Source: Candidatus Omnitrophota bacterium
GTDB lineage: Bacteria > Omnitrophota > Gorgyraeia > Gygaellales > Profunditerraquicolaceae
Length of the DNA: 64,000 bases
Direction of reading: 5' to 3'
Assembly: GCA_030650425.1 (NCBI GenBank)
Contig: JAUSED010000008.1
Coordinates: 132,554 to 196,553, forward strand
The position numbers and the translations under genes are program-made. Shown one piece after another: positions 29,783-38,543 of the stretch. Below the pieces are notes generated by a model, which worked only from the letters and a program-made list of their open reading frames with translations, searched no databases and had not been told where the DNA came from. The first letter of the stretch is position 1, and each line of letters begins with the position of its first letter.

Positions 29783-31208
29783 TGATATTGTCTTTTATCA
29801 AAGCTCACCCATTATAAACTTAGGTGTTGTTTCTTTGAGTACGCATTTAAAGCAGGCTGGTTTTAAGTCTAGCGTTATTATTGAGTCCTTGGAGAGAGAC
29901 CCTATTCAAGCTATTAGGGAATTAAATCCGCGCTCAATAGGTTTTTCTGTTTTTTCTGTTGAGCACTCTAACTTAATCAGGGCTGTTAAACGCATACATA
30001 GCGTTTTTCCCGATATTCCCATAATAGTCGGAGGCACTCACGCTATTTTATACCCGGAAAAGATATTAAAGGATACCCTCGCTACTTTAGTCTGCCACAG
30101 CGACGGAGAGGCCGTATTAGTCAATATCTTGAAGAAATTAATTAAATCATCTACGCCAGATTGGTCATCGGTGGAGGGGGTTGCTTATAAGGATGCGTCA
30201 GGTCGTATACAGGTGAACGAACGCGCGTTATTATTTCAATACAGGGATGATGTTGTGGAGGAACGCACGATTTATTCCGAAAGGTACCCCGGGCTGGGTA
30301 AAGACGAGGAGCCTCCTTTTATTGCTACCCGCGGCTGCCCTTATTCATGTAGTTTTTGTTATAATTCATACCTACGCAAGGTTGTTCAGGAAAAAGGCCA
30401 ATTTTTGCGTCAGAAAAGCGTAGGCAACTTGATTAACGAAATCTCAGCCTATGTAAAAAAGAACAATAATGTAAAAATAGTTTCTTTCGTTGACGACCTT
30501 TTTACTTTCAATGGAGAGTGGCTGACGCGGTTTCTCTTGGAGTATAAAGCTAAGATAAATATCCCCTTTATTTGTACCAGCCGGGCCAATGAAATGAATG
30601 AGGGTACGGCGGAAAAACTGGCCAAGGGCGGCTGCCGAACCGTGATTATCGGCGTTGAATCGGGGAACGAAGACATAAGGAACCGCGTCTTAGAAAAACG
30701 GATTACAGATGAACAGGTGATTCGATGCGGGAAGATCCTGCGAAAATTTAATATTAGGGTTCGCAGCACTAATATGTTTTGCCTGCCGGATGAAACCGTT
30801 AAAGACGCGCTTAGGACAGTGGAATTGAATATAGAGGCAGAGATACCGCTTGCCTTTTCCGCTTTATTCATGCCGTTTCCAGATACAAAGATTTTTGAAT
30901 ACTGTAAAGAAAAGCAGCTGGTTGGTGATAATTATTCGTTGGAAAACTTGCCGCGTTCTTGTTTTAAAACGAGCATCCTTCGTGTTCCTGATAAGCAGAA
31001 GATTGTAAATATTCACTATCTTTGTTTCTTTTTTGTCAGGTATCCGTGGGCGTACAGGGCGTTTAAACAAATTATTTATATACAATGCCTCAAGTCCCTG
31101 TTTTATTTTAGCTATATCCTGGGGAATATTATAAGGCATAAAGAAGAGAGGGGATTTGGCTGGGTGGCAACAATAAAATTTGTTTTACGGGTAAGAAATG
31201 CCGTTTAG
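29775..31208 (+). CDS. Cobalamin-binding (class B-like) radical SAM enzyme
   Basis: RGCPYSCSFC radical-SAM motif after an N-terminal B12-binding-like domain. The start was moved to the ATG at 29775 (MNDDIV...), since the tracked ORF start overlaps the upstream GT2 by more than 100 nt. Confidence 0.75.
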   Translation: MNDDIVFYQSSPIINLGVVSLSTHLKQAGFKSSVIIESLERDPIQAIRELNPRSIGFSVFSVEHSNLIRAVKRIHSVFPDIPIIVGGTHAILYPEKILKDTLATLVCHSDGEAVLVNILKKLIKSSTPDWSSVEGVAYKDASGRIQVNERALLFQYRDDVVEERTIYSERYPGLGKDEEPPFIATRGCPYSCSFCYNSYLRKVVQEKGQFLRQKSVGNLINEISAYVKKNNNVKIVSFVDDLFTFNGEWLTRFLLEYKAKINIPFICTSRANEMNEGTAEKLAKGGCRTVIIGVESGNEDIRNRVLEKRITDEQVIRCGKILRKFNIRVRSTNMFCLPDETVKDALRTVELNIEAEIPLAFSALFMPFPDTKIFEYCKEKQLVGDNYSLENLPRSCFKTSILRVPDKQKIVNIHYLCFFFVRYPWAYRAFKQIIYIQCLKSLFYFSYILGNIIRHKEERGFGWVATIKFVLRVRNAV

Positions 31209-31255
31209 ATTTTGTAAAGCATTGCGATGCTGATAACAAAAAGGATATTATAGAA

Positions 31256-32206
31256 ATGCGTTATTTTGTTACTGGAGGAGCGGGATTCATAGGCAGTAAC
31301 TTAGTTGACCGTCTATTGGCTAATGGACAGGAAGTAGTGGTTTATGATAATTTTAATACCGGATTAGAAGAGTTTTTAGCAGAGGCGGGAAAATCGCCAA
31401 AGTTTAGTTTGATAAAAGGTGATAATCTGAATTTAATAGCTTTAACTAAAGCCATGAAAGGAAGCGACTTTATTTTTCATTTAGCGGCTAATGCTGATGT
31501 GCGTTTTGGAATCGAACATCCCGAAAAAGACCTTCAGCAAAACACTATTGCTACCTTTAATGTGCTTGAAGCTATGCGGAGTAATGGAATCAAAAAGGTC
31601 GCTTTTCCTTCAACCGGTTCGATTTATGGAGAAACTAAGATTATCCCTACTCCGGAAAACGCGCCTTTTCCAACCCAGACGTCATTATATGGGGCATCTA
31701 AATTAGCCTGCGAAGGATTGATTGAAGCTTATTGTGAAGGTTTTGGTTTTCAAGCTTGGATATTCCGGTTCGTATCAATCTTGGGTGAACGCTATACCCA
31801 CGGGCATGTCTTCGATTTCTATAAAAAACTCTTAGAAAATCCCGGTGAATTATTGATTTTAGGTAACGGTTGTCAGAAAAAGTCGTACCTTTATATACAG
31901 GATTGTTTGGATGCCATGTTCTTTAGTATCGATAAGTTTAAGGATAGCGTGAACATTCTGAATTTAGGGATAGATGAATATTGTCAAGTCAATGAATCTA
32001 TCGCTTGGATTACTACTTGCCTTGGTTTGAATCCTAAGTTGAAATATACTGGAGGTGAAAGGGGATGGATTGGAGATAATCCATTTATATTCCTTGATAC
32101 TGCAAAAATTAATAATGCCGGCTGGAAACCAAAACTAAGTATTAAAGAAGGAATAATCAGGACATTGGAATATCTTATGGAAAACAAATGGGTACTGGAG
32201 AAATAG
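31256..32206 (+). CDS. NAD-dependent nucleotide-sugar epimerase/dehydratase
   Basis: YFVTGGAGFIGSNL and YGASK motifs. Confidence 0.8.
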   Translation: MRYFVTGGAGFIGSNLVDRLLANGQEVVVYDNFNTGLEEFLAEAGKSPKFSLIKGDNLNLIALTKAMKGSDFIFHLAANADVRFGIEHPEKDLQQNTIATFNVLEAMRSNGIKKVAFPSTGSIYGETKIIPTPENAPFPTQTSLYGASKLACEGLIEAYCEGFGFQAWIFRFVSILGERYTHGHVFDFYKKLLENPGELLILGNGCQKKSYLYIQDCLDAMFFSIDKFKDSVNILNLGIDEYCQVNESIAWITTCLGLNPKLKYTGGERGWIGDNPFIFLDTAKINNAGWKPKLSIKEGIIRTLEYLMENKWVLEK

Positions 32207-32208
32207 TG

Positions 32209-33516
32209 ATGAATATCTGTGTATTTGGTTTGTGGCATTTGGGGTTAGTGACTAGCGCTTGCCTGGCAAAATTAGGGCATACGGTTGTTGGTCTTGATTT
32301 TAACAAAAAAATAGTTAAGGGGCTGCAAAATAAAAAAACTCCTTTGTTTGAACCGGGATTAAACGAGCTTATATTAGAAAGTATGCAAACCGGTAAGCTA
32401 TCATTTACCTATGAGGCAAAAGAGGCCTTAAAAAAAGCAAAGGTACTCTGGTTTGCTTTTGATACTCCAATAGATGATAAAGATGCGGCCGATATCTTAT
32501 TCCTTGAGAATAATTTTAGGAAAATTATGCCATATTTTAATAATGGGTTAAAAATAGTTATTTCTTCCCAAGCCCCAGTAGGATTCGTTAATAAAATCGA
32601 AAATCTTTTTGTAGAATACCATCCAAACAAAAAATGTCATTTTGCCTGTTCGCCGGAAAATTTAAAATTAGGAAAAGCTTTGGATGCTTTTTTAAATCCG
32701 GATAGGATTATAATTGGGGTTAGAAATCAGGAGTCTAAAGAGGCTTTTATTCCGTTATTTTCTTCAATTACCGCCAGGCTGCAATGGATGAAAGTTGAAT
32801 CTGCTGAAATGACCAAGCATGCTATAAATTCATTTTTGGCTACTTCAGTTTGTTTTGCGAATGAGATCTCCTATATTTGTGAACAAGTCGGCGCAGACGC
32901 AAAAGAGGTTGAATTGGGCCTTAAAACCGAATCACGTATTGGTCCGAAAGCTTACCTTAGGCCGGGAGCAGCTTTTTCTGGAGGGACTCTCGCCCGGGAT
33001 ATAAATTTTTTGATAAGATTAAGCTCTAAATTTAAATTACCGTCTTATCTTATAAAGGCAGTTAAACACAGTAACCTTTTTCATAGAAACTGGATAGAGG
33101 TGAAATGCCGCCAAGCATTAGGAAGTTTAAAGAAAAAAACTGTGGCTATTTTAGGTTTAACTTATAAGCCTGGAACTGATACTTTACGAAGGTCTCCTGC
33201 CGTGGAATTAGCTAAATTACTACAGGCCAAAGGAGCCTTAGTGAATAGTTTTGATCCGGTAATCAAAAGTATTCCGAAAGATCTTTCTAAGATAATATGC
33301 TTAAAGAACAGCGCAGGAAAAGCCATACTTAATGCCGATGTGGTCATAATTGCTACTGAATGTCCGGAATTCTTACAGTTTGGCGAAGATGTAATCAATC
33401 TAATGAAAAATAAGATTATTATTGATCCTAACGGTTTTATCGTAAAACTTATTGAGCATAAAGATTTAAGCTATATTTCTGTAGGAAAAAGTTTCGATAA
33501 AGAGAGCGTGGAATGA
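32209..33516 (+). CDS. Nucleotide-sugar 6-dehydrogenase (UDP-glucose/UDP-N-acetylhexosamine dehydrogenase family)
   Basis: N-terminal NICVFGLWHLGLV NAD-binding fold. Central and C-terminal UDPG_MGDP_dh-like domains (GLTYKPGTDTLRRSPA). Probable start at the ATG at 32209. Confidence 0.8.
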   Translation: MNICVFGLWHLGLVTSACLAKLGHTVVGLDFNKKIVKGLQNKKTPLFEPGLNELILESMQTGKLSFTYEAKEALKKAKVLWFAFDTPIDDKDAADILFLENNFRKIMPYFNNGLKIVISSQAPVGFVNKIENLFVEYHPNKKCHFACSPENLKLGKALDAFLNPDRIIIGVRNQESKEAFIPLFSSITARLQWMKVESAEMTKHAINSFLATSVCFANEISYICEQVGADAKEVELGLKTESRIGPKAYLRPGAAFSGGTLARDINFLIRLSSKFKLPSYLIKAVKHSNLFHRNWIEVKCRQALGSLKKKTVAILGLTYKPGTDTLRRSPAVELAKLLQAKGALVNSFDPVIKSIPKDLSKIICLKNSAGKAILNADVVIIATECPEFLQFGEDVINLMKNKIIIDPNGFIVKLIEHKDLSYISVGKSFDKESVE

Positions 33517-34376
33517 AGTTAAAAGGCCGCGTTGCCATAATTACCGGAGCTAATCAAGGATTAGGGGAGGCCATTGCGACGGAATTTGTTAGGCAGGGGG
33601 CGGGGGTTTTTATTTGTGCTCGGAATAAAGACAAATTATTGGCGGTTAAAGAAAAATTAGAACAAGTTTCGGGGAGAGGTCAAAAAGTATGCGCTATGGC
33701 CGTAGATGTTTCAAATGAGGCCGAAGTAGAAAAATTAATTAATGCTTCTATAGCTGAGTTTAATCATGTTGATATTCTTGTGAATAACGCTGGGATTTAC
33801 GGACCTATGGGTTCGATTGAAAAAGTAGATTCAGGCGATTGGGTTAAGACAATTGAGATTAATTTATGTGGAGTATTTTATTGTTGTAAACACATTATTG
33901 TTCATATGAAGAAGAACAATTATGGGAAAATAATAAATCTTTCTGGGGGTGGAGCGACAGCTCCGCTTCCCTTTATTAGTGCATACGCGGCATCCAAAGC
34001 AGGGGTTGCCCGGCTTACTGAAACATTAGCCGGTGAATGCAATGGTTTCGGAATAGATATAAATTCTATAGCCCCGGGAGCGCTTAATACTAGATTACTT
34101 GATGAGGTATTATTTGCCGGCCCTCAGGCTGTAGGAAATGATTTTTATGAGAAAGCTTTAAAGCAAAAAAAAGATGGCGGAGTTCCTTTAGAAGTTGGTG
34201 TTGAGCTTTGCGTTTTTTTGGCTTCTTCTGAGAGCGATGGGGTTACCGGCCGGCTCATCAGCGCAAAATGGGATTCCTGGAAGTCCTTACCTAACCGGCG
34301 GCAAGAGTTAACCAAAAGTGATATTTATACGCTGCGCCGTATTACCCCTGAAGACCGGGGTAAAAAATGGGATTAA
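33513..34376 (+). CDS. Short-chain dehydrogenase/reductase (SDR)
   Basis: VAIITGANQGLGEAIA and YAASKAG motifs. Confidence 0.8.
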   Translation: MKLKGRVAIITGANQGLGEAIATEFVRQGAGVFICARNKDKLLAVKEKLEQVSGRGQKVCAMAVDVSNEAEVEKLINASIAEFNHVDILVNNAGIYGPMGSIEKVDSGDWVKTIEINLCGVFYCCKHIIVHMKKNNYGKIINLSGGGATAPLPFISAYAASKAGVARLTETLAGECNGFGIDINSIAPGALNTRLLDEVLFAGPQAVGNDFYEKALKQKKDGGVPLEVGVELCVFLASSESDGVTGRLISAKWDSWKSLPNRRQELTKSDIYTLRRITPEDRGKKWD

Positions 34377-35362
34377 CGATGAACGTTGGCATAGTAGGTT
34401 GTGGTTTGATTGGTAAAAAGCGGGCACTTACTCTTGGCCAGCATAATCTTTTACTGGCTGTTGATTGTGATATCAAACGAGCAGAAACCATAGCAGCTTT
34501 AAATGGTCAAATTAAGGTTTCCACTGATTTTAATGATATAATAAAAGATCCTCGTATTGATATTGTTATTATTTCTACAACTAATGATATGCTTGCTCCA
34601 ATAAGCCTTCTCGCAGTAAAAGCCGGAAAGCATGTATTGGTTGAGAAGCCAGCTGCTAGGAATTTTAAGGAGATCGAAGATGTAATTAAAATTGCCAAAA
34701 AGAATAAGGTTATGGTCAAGGTGGGTTTTAATTTACGTTATCATCCTGCTTTAAGGAAAGCTAAGGAAATTATAGATTCTGGCAAGATAGGCGAATTAAT
34801 GTTCATGCGTGCATGTTACGGTCACGGAGGCAGGATTGGTTATAATAAAGAATGGCGGTCTAATCCTAAGATTTCCGGAGGCGGAGAATTAATTGATCAG
34901 GGAGTGCATTTGATCGATCTATCCCGTTGGTTTTTTGGAGACTTTGTTTCTGTTAAAGGATTCAGTCATACTTATTTTTGGGATATGTCCGTTGATGATA
35001 ACGCCTTTTTATCTTTGCGCACTAAAAAGCAGCAGGTAGCTTGGTTGCATGTTAGTTGCACTGAATGGAAGAATATGTTTTCTCTGGAGATTTACGGTAA
35101 GGCTGGCAAGATTAAGATTGACGGTTTAGGCGGAAGTTACGGAATAGAAAAATTGATTTATTATCAGATGTTCCCTCAAATGGGCCTGCCGGAAACTACA
35201 GTTTGGGAATATCCAGAGGAAGATAAATCATGGAATTTGGAGTTTGAGGCATTTGTTGAAGCAATTAATACCGGCAGGGCGCTTGACGGGGACATCAATG
35301 ACGCATACGAAGCGTTGAAGATAGTGGACGAGATTTACGCTGGTTCAGGGGGGATGAGATGA
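34367..35362 (+). CDS. Gfo/Idh/MocA-family oxidoreductase
   Basis: VGIVGCGLIGKK N-terminal Rossmann and EKP motif (LVEKPAA). Confidence 0.8.
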   Translation: MGLTMNVGIVGCGLIGKKRALTLGQHNLLLAVDCDIKRAETIAALNGQIKVSTDFNDIIKDPRIDIVIISTTNDMLAPISLLAVKAGKHVLVEKPAARNFKEIEDVIKIAKKNKVMVKVGFNLRYHPALRKAKEIIDSGKIGELMFMRACYGHGGRIGYNKEWRSNPKISGGGELIDQGVHLIDLSRWFFGDFVSVKGFSHTYFWDMSVDDNAFLSLRTKKQQVAWLHVSCTEWKNMFSLEIYGKAGKIKIDGLGGSYGIEKLIYYQMFPQMGLPETTVWEYPEEDKSWNLEFEAFVEAINTGRALDGDINDAYEALKIVDEIYAGSGGMR

Positions 35363-36342
35363 TTATAGCCAGAAGTCCTTTACGAATAACTTTAGGCGGA
35401 GGGGGAACAGATCTACCTTCTTACTACGAGAAGTTCGGCGGATTTTTAATAGCCGCGGCTATTGACCGTTATGTCTATATTACTATTCATGAGACCTTTG
35501 TGAATTATCTTATTGTGAAATACTCTAAAATGGAGAAAGTTAAAAAAGCTGATGATATCAAGCATCCTATCATACGCGAAGCCATAAAAATGCTTGATAT
35601 TGATTGCGCTTATTGGGAAATGAGCAGTATGGCGGATATCCCAGCTGGTACTGGGTTGGGCTCATCGGGTAGTTTTACTACGGCATTACTTAAAGCGCTG
35701 CATACTTATAAAAGAAATTTGATTCATCCCAAAGAGTTAGCCGAACAAGCCTGTCATCTTGAAATTGAAAAATTAGGCGAGCCTATCGGCAAGCAGGACC
35801 AATATATTGCGGCTTACGGCGGAGTTACCTGTTTTGAATTTGCGAGAAATGGTAAAGTAAATGCCTATCCCTTAAAAATTGATAAAGAAATTCTATATGA
35901 TTTGGAAGATAACCTGCTGCTTTTTTTTACCGGTTACTGCCGATCAGCTTCATCTATTTTAAAAGAACAACACTGTAAGAGCAAGAAGAACGATAAAATG
36001 ATGATTGAGAATATTCATTTTATAAAAGATCTGGGGGTGCAGAGTAAAAAAGCTTTAGAGAAAGGCGAGTTAAGAAAATTTGGCGATTTGATGAACGCGC
36101 ATTGGGAGTATAAAAAGCAGCGCTCCGGTAAAATATCCAACCCTAAAATTGATAAATGGTATAACTTGGCAGTTCAAAATGGGGCATTGGGAGGAAAGCT
36201 TATTGGGGCCGGTGGGGGCGGATTCTTAATGTTTTATGCTCAGGATAAAGTTAAGTTGCGCCATGCTATGATTATGGCTGGGCTAGAAGAGGTAAGGTTT
36301 CGTTTTGATTTTGAAGGAACAAAGTTGGTAATCCAACCATGA
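35359..36342 (+). CDS. hddA: GHMP-family sugar kinase, D-glycero-alpha-D-manno-heptose 7-phosphate kinase-like
   Basis: MIIARSPLRITLGGGGTDLPSYY closely matches the HddA N-terminal signature. GHMP motif PAGTGLGSSGS. Confidence 0.7.
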   Translation: MIIARSPLRITLGGGGTDLPSYYEKFGGFLIAAAIDRYVYITIHETFVNYLIVKYSKMEKVKKADDIKHPIIREAIKMLDIDCAYWEMSSMADIPAGTGLGSSGSFTTALLKALHTYKRNLIHPKELAEQACHLEIEKLGEPIGKQDQYIAAYGGVTCFEFARNGKVNAYPLKIDKEILYDLEDNLLLFFTGYCRSASSILKEQHCKSKKNDKMMIENIHFIKDLGVQSKKALEKGELRKFGDLMNAHWEYKKQRSGKISNPKIDKWYNLAVQNGALGGKLIGAGGGGFLMFYAQDKVKLRHAMIMAGLEEVRFRFDFEGTKLVIQP

Positions 36343-37052
36343 TGCCAACAGTTTTGATTATTGCTGGTGGCGAAGGCAGGCGATTATACCCAATCACTAA
36401 GACTATCCCAAAGGCTATGATAGAATTAGCCGGGGAGCCATTCATCGCACATCAGTTGCGTATGCTTAAAAATAATGGCGTAACTCGAGCGATAATTTGC
36501 GCTGGATACCTTGGAGAACAGCTAAAAGATTATATAGAAGATGGACGTAATTTCGGCTTAAAGGTGGATTTTTCTTTTGACGGAGAGAAGCTTTTGGGAA
36601 CAGCGGGGGCCGTAAAAAAAGCCTTCTGCCTGCTTGAAGATAATTTTGCGGTAATGTATGGCGATTCGTATCTAACCGCGGATTTTGAACCCATTTCCGT
36701 TGCCTTTTTTTCAAGCGGAAAAAAAGGCTTGATGGCGGTATTAAGAAATAATGGCCAATGGGATACCAGTAATGTAGTATATGCTGATGGGAAGATCGTA
36801 AAGTATAGTAAAAAGCATATTACTCCTGAAATGAAATATATCGATTACGGATTATTGTTTTTTAGAAAAGAGGCCTTTGCTGGAATAGCTGAAAACCAGG
36901 TTTATGATTTGGCCGATTTATGCAGGGACTTGATAGAGAAAAATCAGTTGGATGGCTACGAAGTTGAGCAACGGTTTTTTGAAGTGGGTTCTTTTAAGGG
37001 TTTGGAAGAAACTAGAAGTTATTTAGAAAAATTAGGGAGTAGCCATGTCTAA
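36339..37052 (+). CDS. hddC: Sugar-1-phosphate nucleotidyltransferase, heptose-1-phosphate guanylyltransferase-like
   Basis: VLIIAGGEGRRLYPITKTIPKAMI NTP_transferase motif. Directly downstream of the HddA-like kinase. Confidence 0.65.
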   Translation: MMPTVLIIAGGEGRRLYPITKTIPKAMIELAGEPFIAHQLRMLKNNGVTRAIICAGYLGEQLKDYIEDGRNFGLKVDFSFDGEKLLGTAGAVKKAFCLLEDNFAVMYGDSYLTADFEPISVAFFSSGKKGLMAVLRNNGQWDTSNVVYADGKIVKYSKKHITPEMKYIDYGLLFFRKEAFAGIAENQVYDLADLCRDLIEKNQLDGYEVEQRFFEVGSFKGLEETRSYLEKLGSSHV

Positions 37053-37187
37053 TCAAATTAATCTAGATAGTTATATCGATAGATATTTTTCACAAGCTAC
37101 GCAGATAACCCAGGGAGTCGATAAAAAAGCTGTCGAAGCTACGATTAAGGTTTTACTTGAAACCAAGAAATGGGAGGCAGGGTGATG
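37047..37187 (+). pseudogene. gmhA: Truncated 5' remnant of phosphoheptose isomerase (GmhA, SIS domain), about 46 codons
   Basis: MSNQINLDSYIDRYFSQATQ...AVEATIKVLLETKKWEAG aligns with the GmhA N-terminus up to just before the GGKV/CGNGGS SIS motifs, then hits two stops. No continuation in other frames. gmhB starts about 30 nt later. Confidence 0.45.
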
Positions 37188-37216
37188 AATTTTAATATGA
37201 AATGGGAGAGTATTAA

Positions 37217-37807
37217 ATGATGTCTGGAGCTATTTTTCTTGATCGGGATGGGGTAATCAATCAATTAGTTTATAATCCTAAAACTAAAGAATATGAATCT
37301 CCTCTTTCTGAGAAAGACCTAAAAATTATCCCACGGATCTTTAGGCCGCTTAAAAAGCTTAAGAAAAAAGGTTTTTTACTTTTTATAATATCAAATCAGC
37401 CCAGTTACGCTAAAGGCAAGACCACTTTGGAAACATTATGTAAAATACATAAACTATTACATAGGAAGATGGCTGGTAAGGGAATAGTATTTAGCGAATA
37501 TTTTTATTGTTATCATCATCCTGAGGGAGTGGTTAAAAATTATTCTAGAAAATGCCTCTGTCGTAAACCTAAACCGTATTTTATCCTTAAAGCCAAGAGA
37601 AAATATGGGCTGGATATGCAGCAATCGTGGTTTATAGGGGATCAAGATTGTGATGTGCTATGTGGACAGGCTGCCGGAATTAGGAGTATTCTTATACAAG
37701 AAAGGCGTTCAAAAAATAAAAGAGGCCAAAGCCAGCCCGATGCTTACGTAGGTAGCCTGGATGAGGCCGTAGGTATAATTTTAAAACGAAACAATATGAG
37801 GAGTTAA
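37217..37807 (+). CDS. gmhB: D,D-heptose 1,7-bisphosphate phosphatase (HAD-IIIA, GmhB-like)
   Basis: AIFLDRDGVIN HAD motif I, FIISNQ motif II, and the Zn-binding CxH...CxCRKPKP insert (CYHH...CLCRKPKPY). Confidence 0.8.
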   Translation: MMSGAIFLDRDGVINQLVYNPKTKEYESPLSEKDLKIIPRIFRPLKKLKKKGFLLFIISNQPSYAKGKTTLETLCKIHKLLHRKMAGKGIVFSEYFYCYHHPEGVVKNYSRKCLCRKPKPYFILKAKRKYGLDMQQSWFIGDQDCDVLCGQAAGIRSILIQERRSKNKRGQSQPDAYVGSLDEAVGIILKRNNMRS

Positions 37808-37809
37808 AC

Positions 37810-38526
37810 ATGTTTAAGAGAAAATACTTCAAAATAAAGATTTTTGCTGATGGAGCAGATGTAGGAGCCATGAAAAGAGTTCATAAAGAAGGAACGGTTC
37901 AGGGATTTACCACTAATCCTACTTTAATGAGAAAAGCCGGAGTTGATGACTATGAGTTATTTGCCCGTAGCGTTTTAAGAGAAATTAAAGACTTACCCAT
38001 ATCGTTTGAGGTGTTTAGCGATGAATTTGAACAGATGGAGAAGGATGCCCGTAAAATAGCCAAGTGGGGGGCAAACGTTAATGTTAAAATTCCGGTTACT
38101 AACACTAATGGCGAATCTTCTCGCGCGTTAATCAAGAAACTTTCTGCCGAGGGAATTCCGTTAAATGTGACCGCTATTCTGACGGTTGAACAGGTAGAGG
38201 ATGTGATCGCGGTATTGTCGAAAAAAACACCGAGCATTATTTCTGTATTTGCCGGGAGAATTGCTGATACGGGAAGAGATCCTGTTGTTTATATGAAGAA
38301 AGCGGCGGCGATTGTTAAAAATAACCCTTGCGCTAGTTTATTATGGGCTAGCTCGCGGGAGTTGTTGAATATTTTTCAAGCTGAATCCGCAGGGTGCCAT
38401 ATTATTACTGTAACCGATGAGATTCTCAAGAAAATTATTCTTATAGAAAAGGATTTAATGGATTTATCTTTGGATACAGTAAAAATGTTTTACAAAGATG
38501 CTCAGTTGGCAGGGTATAAAATATAA
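37810..38526 (+). CDS. Transaldolase/fructose-6-phosphate aldolase family protein
   Basis: GFTTNPTLM signature and a 238-aa TalC/FSA-like size. Confidence 0.75.
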   Translation: MFKRKYFKIKIFADGADVGAMKRVHKEGTVQGFTTNPTLMRKAGVDDYELFARSVLREIKDLPISFEVFSDEFEQMEKDARKIAKWGANVNVKIPVTNTNGESSRALIKKLSAEGIPLNVTAILTVEQVEDVIAVLSKKTPSIISVFAGRIADTGRDPVVYMKKAAAIVKNNPCASLLWASSRELLNIFQAESAGCHIITVTDEILKKIILIEKDLMDLSLDTVKMFYKDAQLAGYKI

Positions 38527-38543
38527 TTTTTTATAAGGAATGA

